Shown here: positions 13,880 to 29,463 of the stretch, one piece after another
Layout: each line of letters opens with the position of its first letter
Numbering within the stretch: the stretch's first letter is position 1
Assembly (NCBI GenBank): GCA_012295275.1
Contig: CM022678.1
Coordinates: 16,616,001 to 16,680,000, forward strand
DNA from: Chrysomallon squamiferum
Lineage: Eukaryota > Animalia > Mollusca
DNA length: 64,000 nucleotides
Direction: 5' to 3'
Made by a program: the position numbers and the translations under genes
Notes under the pieces: model-generated
Told to the model about the DNA's origin: nothing
What the model saw: only the letters and a program-made list of their open reading frames with translations
The model's database searches: none

Positions 13880-15514
13880 AGGTTCTCTTGTAAATAAAAA
13901 CTGGTTTTGTTATTGTTGTCTAACAAAAAATGAGACCTCAGTACTTTACATTCTTTGTTGTTCACTACACTTAAACACTTTAACTGTTTTTTGTTGAATT
14001 GCTGTCTGTAACGGAACTATTGTAAAATATATATTTCTTTAAAACTTTTAATGCATATTCTTTGTTTATTTTTTTTAATTTTCTTATTCCAATATCTTCA
14101 GAAACCACGATTTCTTCGTATATAAGTGGAAGGAACTTTACATACGATTTTATGTTAGTTTGCTTTTATTTAGTAAACGATTTCTACTACTCCCAGTCCT
14201 ATGGCAATAATTAAAAACTTAAAATAAATAAATGAACAAATACAAATTGAATATTCATTCTTCCCTGACAACTCATCTGTAGTTATACTAACACGAGACT
14301 CCTTTGTTCTAGTACTGAATATCATTGTCTTGCACACTGCGTTAAATTACGTATAATTGCTCGAATATTTAGTTAAATTATTATTTATTTTTTTATTTTT
14401 GTATTAATGATATATTTTTCGTATTGCTTTTAAAAATACTTAAGTGACTAAATAGGTTAGACGTTTCTTCAAGACGAAGCTTCATTTTCTTGTATTTCCT
14501 CCTGGTTGTTCCTCTACAAAATACGTCAAACCGTCTACATGATAAACATTTCGTGTAATTCATCTTAAGTGTTAATCAGAGACAAATATGCCATTATATT
14601 TACATAATTCGAATAAAGCATGCCAATAGCTATTCAAAGAAAATTACAAATAGAAATGATGACTATTATATTCCGTTCTCATTGAACCTATGTCTACATG
14701 AAACCACTCATGTGTTACAGGGTAAATCGTTGAGAATAAAATATTCTCTTACTCATAATATATCCCCTCCTCTGTAAGTTGATAAATTAAAAAACCGAAG
14801 ACTGTACTTGTATATAATAAGTAGTATCTGTGTTCGTATTACTAGTAATAGTTACAGTGATAGTGACATATTAGGAATTATAGTTGTAGTAGTTTCTCCA
14901 TTTATATTATTTCATATTTGTTTGTTTTTTTTTGTGTTTTTTTATATATTTCTTGCTTATTATCAGTTACATTAAAGATCTCTTTTGTAAAATAAAATGT
15001 ATGTTTGCTGTTTGCAATATACAATTCTTCAACATACTTCACTGATGAATTATTCTGCAATTTGTTTGTATAATTATAAAGAAAGAGTGTAGTTTGGTTT
15101 TTCATGATACCAAATTCCTACTCTAAGGTTGTTTGTGTTGACTAGAGATTTTATATCAGAATTTAAAGTGATATGTGTCGGCATTTTAATCTGTTTTAAC
15201 ACTAGACTCCTGACATTTGGTGTTGTGTTTACTGATTTACTCTTTATAACCTACACTACTGGTTCTTTTGTGAAAAGTCGACATAGACTAACTAGATCAA
15301 CAACGTCCATCAATTATTCTCACAGAAAAGCTTTTTCTGTAGATACAAATTCCAGTTAGGAAAAGTGAGCGTCTAATTATGACAATCTTTGCAACGAACT
15401 TCTAAATTCTTCTGCTGTGGATAAACCTGGAAACTTCTCTGGTTTTTCGTTTTAAAAGAAAAATATATTGATATTATGTAAAGGTTATCTAATACTGATA
15501 TTTATTTATTTATT

Positions 15515-15560
<46 letters not shown>

Positions 15561-17327
15561 GGTCGACTTGTTTTTGAGGATAATACAGTCAACTATCACC
15601 CGAAAAACAAATCTAAGTTTCTTTCTTCTATCCAAAATCCTTTGTCCTAAAGGAAGTATTACAATATTTTGTATTGCATTATTTTCAGGTGTTATCATGG
15701 TCGATACAATTTATAGTCTTCATAAACAGTTTTAACATCTCTATCTTTGATTTTTTAAATAATCTTTTTTGTTTTTGTTGTTCTGAAATTATATCTAAAA
15801 CTAATTTTAGGGATTTCTGTAAGAATTTGCTTTCAGAGCACGAAGGAATAACTATTTGTAGAAGAAGGAAGAAAATCTTCCGAAAATTATTTTAACTGAA
15901 TAACAATTTCTGTAAATAAGTAATAGAAACAATATCTATCTGATATATTCGAAAAAAACACAAAAACAATCGATGCAACAAATTCATAATTTCTTGTCTT
16001 TTGATACAGGTCAATTTTATCTTTTCAGCTTTATCTTTAAAATTACAAATACTTTTCTATTCCATAATGTTTATGTAAGATATATAATTTACATTTCTTT
16101 ATTTTTTTATTATTTACTTTTCTCTTTGTCTCTGTGAATACTGGTTATTATATATATTAACACATGTTATACTTTTTTTAGCTATATTAATATGTGAGTT
16201 AGAAGGTCAGCTATTGCATCTTGATCTCTTTAGTAAACATCCTCTTCAATTTCATGTGACACAATTTTTATATCAACGTTTTGTCTGCTGTTGGCACCCT
16301 TGAGAATGATTTGTTTTCCAGCTGAAATTGGCGAGATATTAACGTGTTAGATCTTACTGTTATTAACTAGTTTGTTCACGTATTTTAATACGCATACTTG
16401 ATAAAATCCGAAATCTGACTTTATCTGTTCAACTCGCTGTAATGTTACAGAAATGAAGATAACTGTTTCTGTAAATTATTTTTGCTTAAATAACTATTTC
16501 TGTAAATAGAAAGAAAGAAAACACACAAAAAAAGTGAGATTATATTAAAACGTATTGGTTGCAAAGAGTCTGTAATTTACTTTGTTTTGATAGGGTAACA
16601 CCTTCAGCTTTTCATCTTTAGTTTACATACAAAAATACACCTCTGGTATGCAGTATTTATGTACGATAGATAATTTATATTTATTTATTTATTTATTATT
16701 TATATTTCGTGTGTATACGTCTTATGAATGATGTACATTAATTAAAACAATATATTTTTTGACGATGACAAGTGATTGCATCTGTAGCAGCAGCAGAGGG
16801 CTGTTGTAGCGGTAGTAGTAGTTGTAGTGATGAAATTAATATTAGTAGAAATAATTATTCGAGTTGCAATATTAATGCTATACTGTATTAGCATAGTAGT
16901 AGTCATTGTTATTTTGTTATTGTTTCACTAGGAACATAATGAGTATATTTTCCCTATAGATGTAATTAATACTGTTATACAGTAGTAATAACAAAATTAA
17001 TGTATATAACTCAGTTGAATTCTTTATTTGTTTTATCAATGTAATAAAGAAATTCTTCATTAAATTTTCTATTCTGTTATTATTATTATTGTTGTTGTTG
17101 TTTTGTTGTTGTTTTGTCCTTAGTTTTAATTTACCTGAAGGAATGCTGTTCATATTCTCTCTACTCTTTATTTAAACCGAAAATAAATAAAATAATCAAC
17201 TTCTATGAGAGCATAAAAATACGTTTTAGATATAGCAATAATATGGTGGTTGCTATTGTAGATTCGTATTTATTTTCTTCTCTCACTCTTTCTTTATTTT
17301 TTAAACTTTTCATCGTTTGTCTTTTTG

Positions 17328-17360
<33 letters not shown>

Positions 17361-17389
17361 CGTTCTCAGGTTTTATTTCTGATTAATCA

Positions 17390-17730
17390 AGAGAAGCCGC
17401 CGCCCACGAAAACTATGGCGAGTTCAGCTATTTTTAACTTAAAAAAGAACACATCTGCAAATCAATGGCGAAATTTAGAAGGAAAAAAAATAAATTAAAA
17501 AAAATAAAAATAAATACATTTTAAAAAATAAAAGAAGAAAAAAATAAAAGAATATTCGATGAAAAAAAAAAAAAAAAAACAGACGTAAAAAGAAAATTCA
17601 AAAACAAAGTATTATTCCTTTCAGAACTTACATAATCAGCTAACGTGAAATTAAATTTTAAACAGATCACGTAATCGGAAAAATATAATTAATCTGCCTC
17701 AAAGGCAAGTCATTTTTACCTAACTGAATG
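17390..17730 (-). promoter_or_regulatory. Promoter-like block P2
   Basis: GC box 'gccgccgcccacg' at 17396-17408. Bases 17625-17700 are identical to 6566-6641 (76 bp). Confidence 0.35.
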
Positions 17731-17755
17731 TTTTGTCAAGTAGAAGAAGACGAAA

Positions 17756-17787
<32 letters not shown>

Positions 17788-18087
17788 TGCCCATGTCAGT
17801 GTAACTTTTAGCTGTTTTTATAGGTATGTAGTTCTGGTGGTTACGTAGGTGCAGAAGTATACAGTCTTTGCATATAATTTGAATTTCACGCCGCGTCCGA
17901 AAAATTACATGCAGGTATTTTTTATGTCTAGTGCCCTTTATTGAAACACCACGCGTTCCCTGTATTGAACACCGGTCAAAATGTTGCGACATTTGGCCCT
18001 GTAACCGAAATGAATGATCTTATGTTCATTATGTCTTATTTTTGAAGTGAAAAGTTCAGATACAGTGTCCGAACAGCTGAGCTCCTC

Positions 18088-18163
18088 GTCACAGAGACGT
18101 CGTAAACGTGGTCACAGAGACGTCGTAAACGTGGTCACAAAGACGTCGTAAACGTGGCCACAG
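18088..18163. repeat. 23-bp tandem repeat, about 3.3 copies (GTCACAGAGACGTCGTAAACGTG)
   Basis: Copies start at 18088, 18111 and 18134, with a partial copy at 18157. There are no spacers. Confidence 0.95.
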
Positions 18164-18401
18164 CAACAACACTACCGAGCCTGACACTGAACCCAAATCT
18201 GAGCAGAAATGTGCTCTGCCAAAACCCATAAATTTAAGATTCCGAAAATGAAAATTATAGATTATGAGTCGTGGTCCCAGAAAACTTGGAGTTTATAAGT
18301 TAAACCTTTTTTTTTCTTTTTTCTTTACGAGTGTCTTAGGGCAGCTAACATTTATCTACTACGACTAGACTGAGCTTCGTTGATTCAATCTGGATGTGTG
18401 T

Positions 18402-18477
<76 letters not shown>

Positions 18478-18512
18478 TGCTTCAGTATCATCTGTATTTA
18501 CTTATGCGCATA

Positions 18513-18568
<56 letters not shown>

Positions 18569-18777
18569 TACAAGCACACACATCTGCATAAACCACTGAT
18601 GTGCTTCAGTTTGAAAGAAGCTGTACAAAGTTCATGATTTCCTGTTTATCGGTTTCAGTCAGTCTGGCTTCAGAGACGTTACAACTTTAATATCATACTT
18701 AAGTAAGTTTTAAGTGTACTTAATATACTGTAGATTGTAATATAGATTAACAGAACGTGAAAGAAATACATAGTCTC

Positions 18778-18853
<76 letters not shown>

Positions 18854-19199
18854 CACATATAAATGCGTATATGTAAATATATACACGGATATTGAAGTAT
18901 ACACACGCACATAAATACACACAAAATGCGTACATACAATTATTATGCTTCAAGTGTTTCAATTAAAAACAACAACACAAACAATAAATAAATACAAATA
19001 AAACAAAACTTAGAAAAACAAATAGTAACAAAAATGATGATTAAAAACAACAAATAAATAAATAAATAATAATAATAAAAATAATATATAAATAAATAAT
19101 TTCATATGCACTCAACGATCTTCTTTTTTTTCTTTTTCTTTTTCTCTGCTGCATATCGACATTCTCTGCTGCCATGTTATCGTGATGCAGTGCGTCTGA

Positions 19200-19430
19200 T
19201 TAGGCAGACGAATTAATTGAACACAGTTTTAATTAAAATTAAAAATTACGTGATCTGATTTTAAAATTTTTCTATTTGCGAAACAGACATTTCAGTACGA
19301 TTTCGTCACAAAACATTCAGTTACGTAAAAGTGACGTGCCGATTAGATTAAGTTTTGAAATTTAGAAGTGGAGGGGGGGGGGAGTGTTAAAAGTAAGTCA
19401 CAGACTGCGTGGGCGGGTCTATATTTAAAA
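19200..19430 (+). promoter_or_regulatory. Promoter-like block P3 (inverted copy of P1)
   Basis: GGGCGGG at 19411-19417 is followed closely by TATATTTAAAA at 19420-19430. A G-run lies at 19373-19382. It is the reverse complement of 6490-6560. Confidence 0.35.
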
Positions 19431-20867
19431 TAAAAATTATTTGACTTCTAAAACATCCGTCTATTTTATTAATCAAAAATAAACTGAGTCTGAATAAGGA
19501 AAAGAGAAGAAAATAGTAAAATAATGTTGAACGTCTTTATTACATTAGTAAAATGAATAAAAACCTGAACCGAGTTACAAACATTAATTTTGTTATAAAT
19601 ATTTATAGGAAAAATATAATAATCATTATGACAGTACTAATGAAACAATAACAAAATAACAACTAATATTACACTACTATTATACTAATACTAAAAAAAA
19701 GAAGTACTACTAATACAAAACAGATTGCTTAAGCGGAATAAATGACTTTGACTTTAATAATTCATTAAGACTTTAGTATTTCGAGTTCTCAGAAAACAAT
19801 TTAGGAATTAACTAATATGTAGGCATGGTATTTACATTTTTTATTTTACAGTATTATCAAAAAATGTAAAGTAAAAATAACAAGAAATACTAGATGGAAA
19901 CAGTTCACAAAGAAATTTTAATTATTGTCACAGTAACAGGAATTTACTAACAAAATAAAACAAAAAAAGAATAAAAAAAAAAGACACATACCCTCCCCTC
20001 CACAACATGAAATCATATATAAAGTATATAACATACTAAGAAGTCATAATTATTTTGCAGGTACAGTAAACAAAAAATAATAAAAATAAAAAAAAAAAAA
20101 AAAAAAAAAAAATGGTTGAATTAAAGAGAGACTAACATGTATTTTTTTTTTTTTTTTTAAATTTATTATTATTATTTTCATTACAAACTGTGATTCATAA
20201 CTAACTATCAAAACGAATTGACAATTTCAGTGTAAAGAACAACAGAAAATTTGAATTACTGATGTTTGGCCTCTTTTTATACAACAAGTACAAAATCACT
20301 GACCTTATTAAAAAGCAATCACTTACTAGTAAAAAAAAAAAAAAAAAAAAAATAATAATAATAAAAAATCTTTCTGGGGTCATATGTTTATACAAACAAT
20401 AGAAATGGTCCGTGCAAAATGTTTCTCTCATGTGATCTGAGGAACGTTTGATGTTAAAGGAAGGAAACTACAAACAAGAGATACAAGAACACGACAGTTC
20501 CTCTTGAAGAAACTTCTTCAGTCATTACAAAAGCAGTACTGAGTATTCGTCATAGTAACAAAATTAATGTTCTGGAATGTAAGAGAACTACAAGCGTCTG
20601 CTGATCTCTGTTGACTCAGTCAGTGAAAAGATCGGAGTTAAAACTCAGATGATATAAAATCATTATAAGGAGAGAAAAATATTTAAAATCAAGCAGTCAG
20701 AGGAGAAAGTATTAATGTGTAAAAAAAAATGCATTTTATATGAATGTTTGTTGTGAAAAGACAGGTAATAAATATAAAATAATTATGAAAATAATTAATC
20801 CTATGCCAAAACCATGGCTATACCAAAAACAAATAACATTGTTAACAACAATAACAATAACAATAAC

Positions 20868-20933
<66 letters not shown>

Positions 20934-22235
20934 TTGCTATACGTTTAAAATCTTAGGTGAATTCTATAACAGGAAAAACCGCACCACAGAAAATCTTTGT
21001 TCTCACGTAAAAGGTGGAGGTTTTATTCAACTCAGCTAGAAGGAAATACTACACTGAACACTTTTACATGGACATTCCCTGTCCTTTCTTTTATTTAAGA
21101 TCACTTTGATTGTTACATCAGTTCGTAGACTGCAACTGAATCTCAGATTTACACATGACGGTTGTATTAAATAAGTAGCCTATAACACACTGAGAATAAA
21201 CATACTAACGCACTAGAAACGTAATAAAGAAATTATATTTAATCATTATTTCCAACATTTAGAAGAAAAGCAACTAGTCATGATGTATGACATCTTTTAT
21301 TCTGCTACCAGTGTTACTAATTAAAGGCGGCTTATATAAACACGATATTTCTTAGAAAACCAGGCTGATGTCAATTAATGCAGGAAGATGGTTCGTGATA
21401 TTCAGTTATAGAACAATTTACAGTCTTATTATTGTTATTTACAGAGGAAGTACGTACAAAAACATCGAATAAAGCAGTATGCACATCTGAGTTGTTCTGC
21501 TATAGAACACTTTGCAATCAAATGTTATAACTTACAGATGAATTACCGAGGAATATATAATAATAAAAAAATAATGTACACATCTCAGTTGCTCTGTTAC
21601 GGATCATTTACAGTCATGTTATTGTCATTTACAAAAGAATTACAAGAAAACATATAACAAAACAATATACACATCTAAGCTGTTCTGTTAGAGAACTCTT
21701 TACAGTCATGGGTGTTATCACTTACAAAGGAACTACCCGGTGAAATGTGGTTATTAATTGTTTAGAGTTAGAACATGTTTTAAATAAAGCACCTCAGACC
21801 ACTTTTAACATCCTGAACGTTAACATAGGCTAGCAACCTTAGAAACGTGATTTTTTTTATTTTATCAAACATTACAGAAAAAAAACAGCTAGTTACCAGT
21901 GAATATATCAACACATTTCAGGATACTAGTAATAACCTGAATATATATAAAAGAAAAAGTCAATCTCATTTCCTGAATTATGTATCCGTAATTATATTTT
22001 TCTTTAAGAAATCACAAGTTTATGTGAGTACACTGATTTTCATACAGTTAAAACAAAAACAGTATTATTAATTTACAGAAGACGGAGACTAAGTCTTACT
22101 TCACATTTTGTGTTACTAAATATTCTTTTTTCTATCTCACATTCTACTACAAGAGTGCTTTTACATGGGCTGTTCACGTTTCTTGAATGAGAAAGTAATC
22201 AGACAGTCATATATATATATATATATATATTTGTT

Positions 22236-22284
<49 letters not shown>

Positions 22285-23457
22285 TTATTTTTTTTTTTTT
22301 TTTTTTAATTTTAATTTTTTTTTTTTTTTGTACAGATAAAGCAAAAATAATAGTGGCAATTGTCAAACGAAAGACATGCAGTCACACTTAGTTAAATTAA
22401 ATTACACAAACTATGTCAAAAAAAAAAAAAAAAAAAAAAAAAATGGCGTGTTTCTTTAATTAAAATTTGAAATGAGTTACACAACTGATGTGAAGATACC
22501 ACGTATCCCTTTCTCTAATTAGCAGTTCCATACAATTACAAATGAGCAGTAACTGCAGTAATTAAATCTCTATTTGGATAAAACAACAAACTAATTTAAA
22601 GCAGAACAACAAATGTTCTCCCTTGATTTACAGAAAGAAGGTGCACCTATAACTTGACCACATATCTATTTTAGGATATAAAATAAAATAAACTGAAATA
22701 TTAACCTATTCATGTTTCCAATCCACACACTTTGTAAAACGAATGTTTGCTGTTTCTCAGATATCTAGTTTCATATTTTTTCATCAGATTAGAAAAATAC
22801 AATAAAACTGTTTAAAAAAGGTTTCACCATTTTAAGACTGACAAACCTTTTTTTTTTTTTTTTTCATTTCTGGAAATGAGCTTTTTAAGTAATAAGAGAC
22901 AAGTTTTTCATGTGAAATTTTCAGTTCAGCAGAAAGCACAAGAAATAACTAAATACGAAGTTGTAACATTAAACACGACTCTACGATGATAAAAATAATA
23001 AAAATCACTCACTGTTACATAATTGCCTATTTGGTTTTTTTTACAACATAATAGAGTATTTGTAACAGTTTAAAGGAATCTTACTAAGAAGTAAGAGAAA
23101 GTCTAAGTTAATAAACATATAATAAAACAAAATACTCCTCTATGTTTTTCTCTTAGTGAGCACTCTAGTGTTATGTTGTTTAGCTTTCCAGCAGCAGGAC
23201 CACAGAACACAGTTTCTTTTTCATAAGCCAAGTAAGCGAGTACAAAGAAACAAGGCTTTAAGGTGAGAAGCACATAATAATACAATAGACTCACTAATAT
23301 TGTTTTTGTCAGTGGACAATTTAAACTACATGGGATTAGTAAACTCAAAGAAGAGTTTCTGCTGAAACTGAGAATTGCAGGAACTGTGTCTTTCCAAAAC
23401 AATACCTTAAATCATAATAGATCTATAATAATAATAATAATAATGATAATAATAATG

Positions 23458-23499
<42 letters not shown>

Positions 23500-24902
23500 C
23501 AGTAACAGTACTAATAATAGCAAATAATAAATAAATAAATAAATGAAAGATATCCATATTATATAACCTTTAAACAATGATTTGTATTGATTATTTCCAA
23601 CATTTAGAAGAAAAGCAACTAGTCTCCAGTCTGTTTGATATACGATACATTTTATTCGGAATGACGTATATTTTGCTATCAGTGTTAATAATTGAGGGTG
23701 GCTTTTTATATAAATATGATATTTCACTCTCAAGTTAATAATTTAACTAAATCTCAAAGGAACACAATATTTAAGAAGTGATAAGTGAAGCTGCTGTTAC
23801 AGAATACTGTATAATTATGTTCCTATTATTGTTGCAGTTTTATTTTTCAGTCAAACGCAAATATATTTCTCACAGAGACTAGAAATTTCTTTTGCAAAAT
23901 GTATAAATTTCTGTTAGATTAAGGATACGTTATGAGGACCAATTGCTTTTAATATTATTAGTCAAAGGTTTGTTTTTATATGAAGTAACATTTACAAAAT
24001 AGAGATATTCTATGTTTGTAATCCATTTCAAAACTGGTGAAACAACATTTTTTGAAAAAAAGAGACCTTTAACACTTTATCAGTTTACAGAACATGCACT
24101 TTCCTCAAGCTCATTCACACAGTTGAGGATCAGTTCATGTGGACACTTTACAAAGCACGCTGCTGTATAGATATAGGGAGTAAAATCTGTAAACATTTGA
24201 ACACATTTCAAGTGATAAGAGATTACAGTGCCGCCACGCATCACCTTAACAAGAAACAGAAAATTCGTAGTGAACACAAAAAACGTTAGACAAAAAATTG
24301 ATGTCATCAAGTTGTAACTTTAGCTTATACTCTTTCTTTATTATCATGCAGACACCTTGTTAAACGAAACGAAGAATTTCATACTGCAGCCAGCAAATAT
24401 ACATTCAAATAAAACGGCGAACCTTATTTCCTGAATTATATACCCATAATTATATTTCTCTTTAAAAAATATCGTAGTTTATGTAAGAACACTTATTTTC
24501 ATACATATAAAAAACAAAACAAAAATATAAAATAAAATAAAAAAATAAAAACTCCAATAAACTTCCCCGTCAGTATTATCATTTATAGAAGACGGAGACG
24601 AAGTCTTACTTCACTTTTTGTGTAACAGAATATTTTATTTTGTGTAACAGCCTTGTACTACATGAATGGTTTTGCATCGTCTGTGCAGGTTTCTTGAATG
24701 AGGAACGTAATCAGACAGCCATCTTTTCTTTTAATAGCTATTATTATAAATTACACAAATTAAGAGAAGATATGGCTTAATTAACTCTGATCTGTGTTGA
24801 AGGCAAAGAAACAGGAGATTCAAGAAAATGATATTTCGTCTTCAAGAAACGTCTAAACTGTTTAGGCAACTTAACTATTTACAATAGCAATACACAAATA
24901 AA

Positions 24903-24976
<74 letters not shown>

Positions 24977-27900
24977 GTAATAATGTTATAGAATATAAGA
25001 AAGCTAGAATAATAAGACGGGTTTTACTCAGTCAAATGAAATGCAGTGGGTGATGTAAAATCATTAGCAGACAAGACATTATCTGAAATTAAGCAGTCGA
25101 TGGAGAAAGTATTAATGAGTCCAAACATTGGTTTATATAATTATTCAATACAGCAAAGTGTGTAATAAATATAAAATAAAAACAGAAGCTTACGCTGCAG
25201 CTACTGCTACTGCTACAACTACTACACCGACTACTATAACAACTACCAGTACTACCACTATAAGATATAAGATAGAAAATGAACGGTGCTTTCTGTAATA
25301 TTCAAAAAAAAAGACGTGATATAAAATAAAGATTTTAGAAACAAATATTATGTAGAAATGTTTCAAAGAAAAGTCTCAGTGCGCATGTTCATTTACTCCC
25401 ATCGGTTTCTGATTGTAAGATCAGATCATAGCCAACTCTACAAACCATGTTGTGTCAACTAGGCGACTTTTGTCAACCAAACTTAATCATTATTTCCTAC
25501 ATTTGCAAGAAAAGAAACTAGTAACCCTGTGGGTTTTGATATAAGATTATTATTCAGAATGCTGTTACACTTTGAATTCATTGCGAATTCAAGTTTATAA
25601 TCCCACAGTAGAATCTCTATAATTGTTTTATAATTTAGCCGAATGGCGTTTAATTCGACATTAATATTTTCCAGATTGAAAACAAAAGTTATTTATATTT
25701 ATACGAAAGGAAGGCATAGTAATATTACCACCTTGTGAAGATATTGTAACAGGATAATGCGATATAAATAAAGGATAAAATGAAGAGAGACAACCTGTTA
25801 CAGAAAATATTTCACTTACAGACAGTTGTACAAGCTGGGTGGAGAGAACAACACATAACGCCAACTGCTGATGTTGATAATTCTCTATGAAACAGCAAGA
25901 GAACCAGTTTTTTAATTTAAAAAGATAACATATTAATAGTAAAAAAAAAAAAAAAAAAAATCCCAAAACCGTATTAAACAATATAATAATGATAATAAAC
26001 TTAAGTCATATAGAACAACAAAAAGAAAAGAAAAAGACTATGTAAAATGTTTATCTCACACGTGATCTGTTGAATGTTTAAAAACGCAAACCCCCCCAAA
26101 AAAACAGAAAACAAAAAAAAAGAAAGAAAAGCAAAACAACCAAGAACGAGGCTTCGTCTTGATGTACCATTCTAAATTATTTAGTCACTTAACTATTAAT
26201 AAAAGCAGTAATAGACAATTCATCATAATAAAAAGATAAATGTTTTGGAATATAAGACACCTGCCAACAACATGGTGATATATCTTGATTCAGACAGTGA
26301 AAAGATCAATGGATGATATGAAGTTATTATAAGATTAGACAATGTCTGAAATCAAGCCGTCGTGGAAAAAGTATAAATATATTTTATATAATTGTTTAAT
26401 ATGAAAATATTTATAATAAATATTAAAGAATATGCCCAAACTACTGCTGCTATTACTACTAGTGATATTTGTATTACTACTACTACTACTACTACGACGA
26501 CGACTGCTGCAACCACATTATTCACAGTTTCGACTACAATTAGTATACTATTAATACTAGTAATAACAGTAATAACAATAACAACAATAACAATATCACT
26601 ACTACTACTACTAATAATAATAATAATAATTTACTGCACGTTTATATATAAGGTAGAAAATCAAAGATGAAGTCTATAACAGGAAAATAAATTTATGAAT
26701 TTCAGCATGAAAAGGAAAAGATTTTATACAGCTCAGATAGAAAAAATTCAATACTGAAATAGTAATCATGGATATTCTCTATGCAATTGTATCTCAACTC
26801 TACATACCACGTTTTTTTCAACTTTTAATACATTGTGTGGTAACTGCTATGAAGACAAAACTAAATAACTGGAGGATATATTACTTCTTACATTTAGAAG
26901 AAAAGAAACTAGCCACAGAATGTTTCGTGTAATTTGTTAGCTGTATGTATTAGAACTTTAATGTTACTGGTTATACAAAGACCATATTTCAAATGCATGT
27001 TAATAATGTAACTAAATATCTCAAGACACTCAAAATTCAAACAATGATACGTGAATGAATGCAGGACATTGGCCATCGATATTCTGTTGTACAACACTGT
27101 ACAATCAAAATATTACAACTTGCATGACATTCAGTGAGAATGTTTTCAACCACAAACAGAGAGAATAATTTAATTATTCTAAGAAATATACAAGTATTCT
27201 TCTAGAAGGACACTAATTGTAATCATTTGTCATGAGAAATGAGAAGAAAAGATAAAGATGTACAACAACAGATATCACGTGTTCATAAAAACGACGTCAG
27301 TTAAGATATAGCAAAGTAAAACAAAAAAAATGAGTAAAACTTGAAGTTTTAGAATATATAGCGTTTGTGATCGTTTCAGTTCATCGAAGACGAATTTTCT
27401 ACTATACAGCTGTATAACGTATACAGGACAATAAATAAATAAATAAAGAAGGAAATACTACTACTACTAATTATTATTATTATATTCTACTAAAGTATAA
27501 AGACAATATTATAGACTTGGATGGTATATTATAAATAAATATAGGTGTAGATATATAACGTGTAGATATATACTCTACATAGTGCAAGATTATAGATCGA
27601 AATAAATATGTATATATTCAGTATATAATGCAAGGCTATTATTAACAACAAATGTCGCTTTCAAAAATGATCTACTGGGAGTTTAAAATGTGTACAACCA
27701 CTAATTCCACGTTGCAAGGATTAGATAAAACAAAAAGACAAATATTTTGTTACTAAATCATACAATAAATTAAAATATTTATAGATATGTCCTGTATACA
27801 ATGCTGGTTATAATTTAAAATAAAACACTATAGACAGTACAATATTTTCCCTATAGTGAGATTATAAAACAAATCAAAATATTTGAATCGAAGTGTAGTG

Positions 27901-28501
27901 TAAACAATGAAATATTATCCAAAAAAATAAATGAATACATTCAGTATAATATCATCTATTAAGATAACAAAATAAATTAAAATGCATATAGACGTACTGG
28001 TTACAATGCAAGCTTATCCATAAAATAAACAAAAATCTTCCGTTAAGAATATTTAATAAATTATTTATAGATTTCTACTGATACAATGAGAGTGCAACAG
28101 TTTTAGAGACAAATGTCTCTAGAGTCGGTTTTCTTCTATTCGATATTAAAATCGGTATATACATATGCTGTATACAGTTCAAAGACTGCAAAATTAAAAT
28201 CTGTATAGATTATGATAAAGCAAACATCTATAGAAAACACAAACTTTTCACTTAGATTATAATATAAATTAAAGACTTGTATTGTACACAGTACAAGCTT
28301 TCTAATAAAACGAATTTTATGCTAGAATCATACATTAAATAATAACCTGTACACATAACTACTGTATACAGTGCAAATATATAAAACTAATATAAAAAAA
28401 GAGTACTAATTTCTATAAACAATAACGCGTTTATATATATTTTTATTATTTAACTGCTTTATCAGTTGGAATCTGAAAAAAACAACAACATAATAATAAT
28501 A

Positions 28502-28555
<54 letters not shown>

Positions 28556-28843
28556 AATATAAATAATAATAAATTAAATAAATAAATAAATTAATTAAAC
28601 ATATATATATATAAATTAAAAAATACAATAATAAATAGAGAAATCTGTAGCGATGACATCACGACTACACTTTTTCATTTATAGTTAATCTAGAAAAAAA
28701 AAAAAAAAAAAAAAAAAAAGATACCTGACCGGCACAAAATGTATACACGATTTCTTCTTGTTGCTACAGATACATTTCAGACTTCTAAAAACAAACATGT
28801 CACGTGACAAAGTTTAAAATAAGTTAACGTTTTCCAGAAACAA

Positions 28844-29141
28844 ACTTACGCTCATATATTTTTTTTTCAATCGATTTAATTTCAACGGGGCTTCCTTACT
28901 ACCTGAAGAAAGCGAAAATTCAAACAAACCATGGACCAATAGCATGGAACTGTGTTCACTGAAGATACAGAAGTTACAGTTATAATTCATCTTTATATCA
29001 TGCTCTTGAAAATTAACCGTGTCTGTGTCATAAATACTTGTTTTTTTTTCTGTCTCTATCAGTTCGATTTTCTTCTGCAAGCTGTAGGCGAAGAAACCTT
29101 TGAAATGTAAATTAGGTGATGAACTAATTTAATTAGTCATT

Positions 29142-29180
<39 letters not shown>

Positions 29181-29324
29181 AGAATTAATTTTTATATTAC
29201 AATAATTACTAATTATGCTGTTCGAAATTTTGAAGTTCTGTCAAAATTCGGATTCATATATATTTATTTATTTTATGTGATTATTATATTTTAATCAAAT
29301 TAACTTTGTCAGTGTTCTCATTTT

Positions 29325-29356
<32 letters not shown>

Positions 29357-29409
29357 TTATTGTTAGTGTAATTATGATTATGATTCATTCATTTATTTAT
29401 TTATTTATT

Positions 29410-29463
<54 letters not shown>

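Larger units (their letters stand above)
9600..17730. repeat. Left arm of a large diverged inverted duplication
   Basis: Reverse-complement matches: 9640-9770 with 30010-30150; 10020-10210 with 29475-29730; 10570-10910 with 28800-29140; 11900-11990 with 28270-28330; 13610-13680 and 14415-14490 with 24830-24900 and 26150-26220; 16900-17060 with 19520-19690. Confidence 0.7.
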
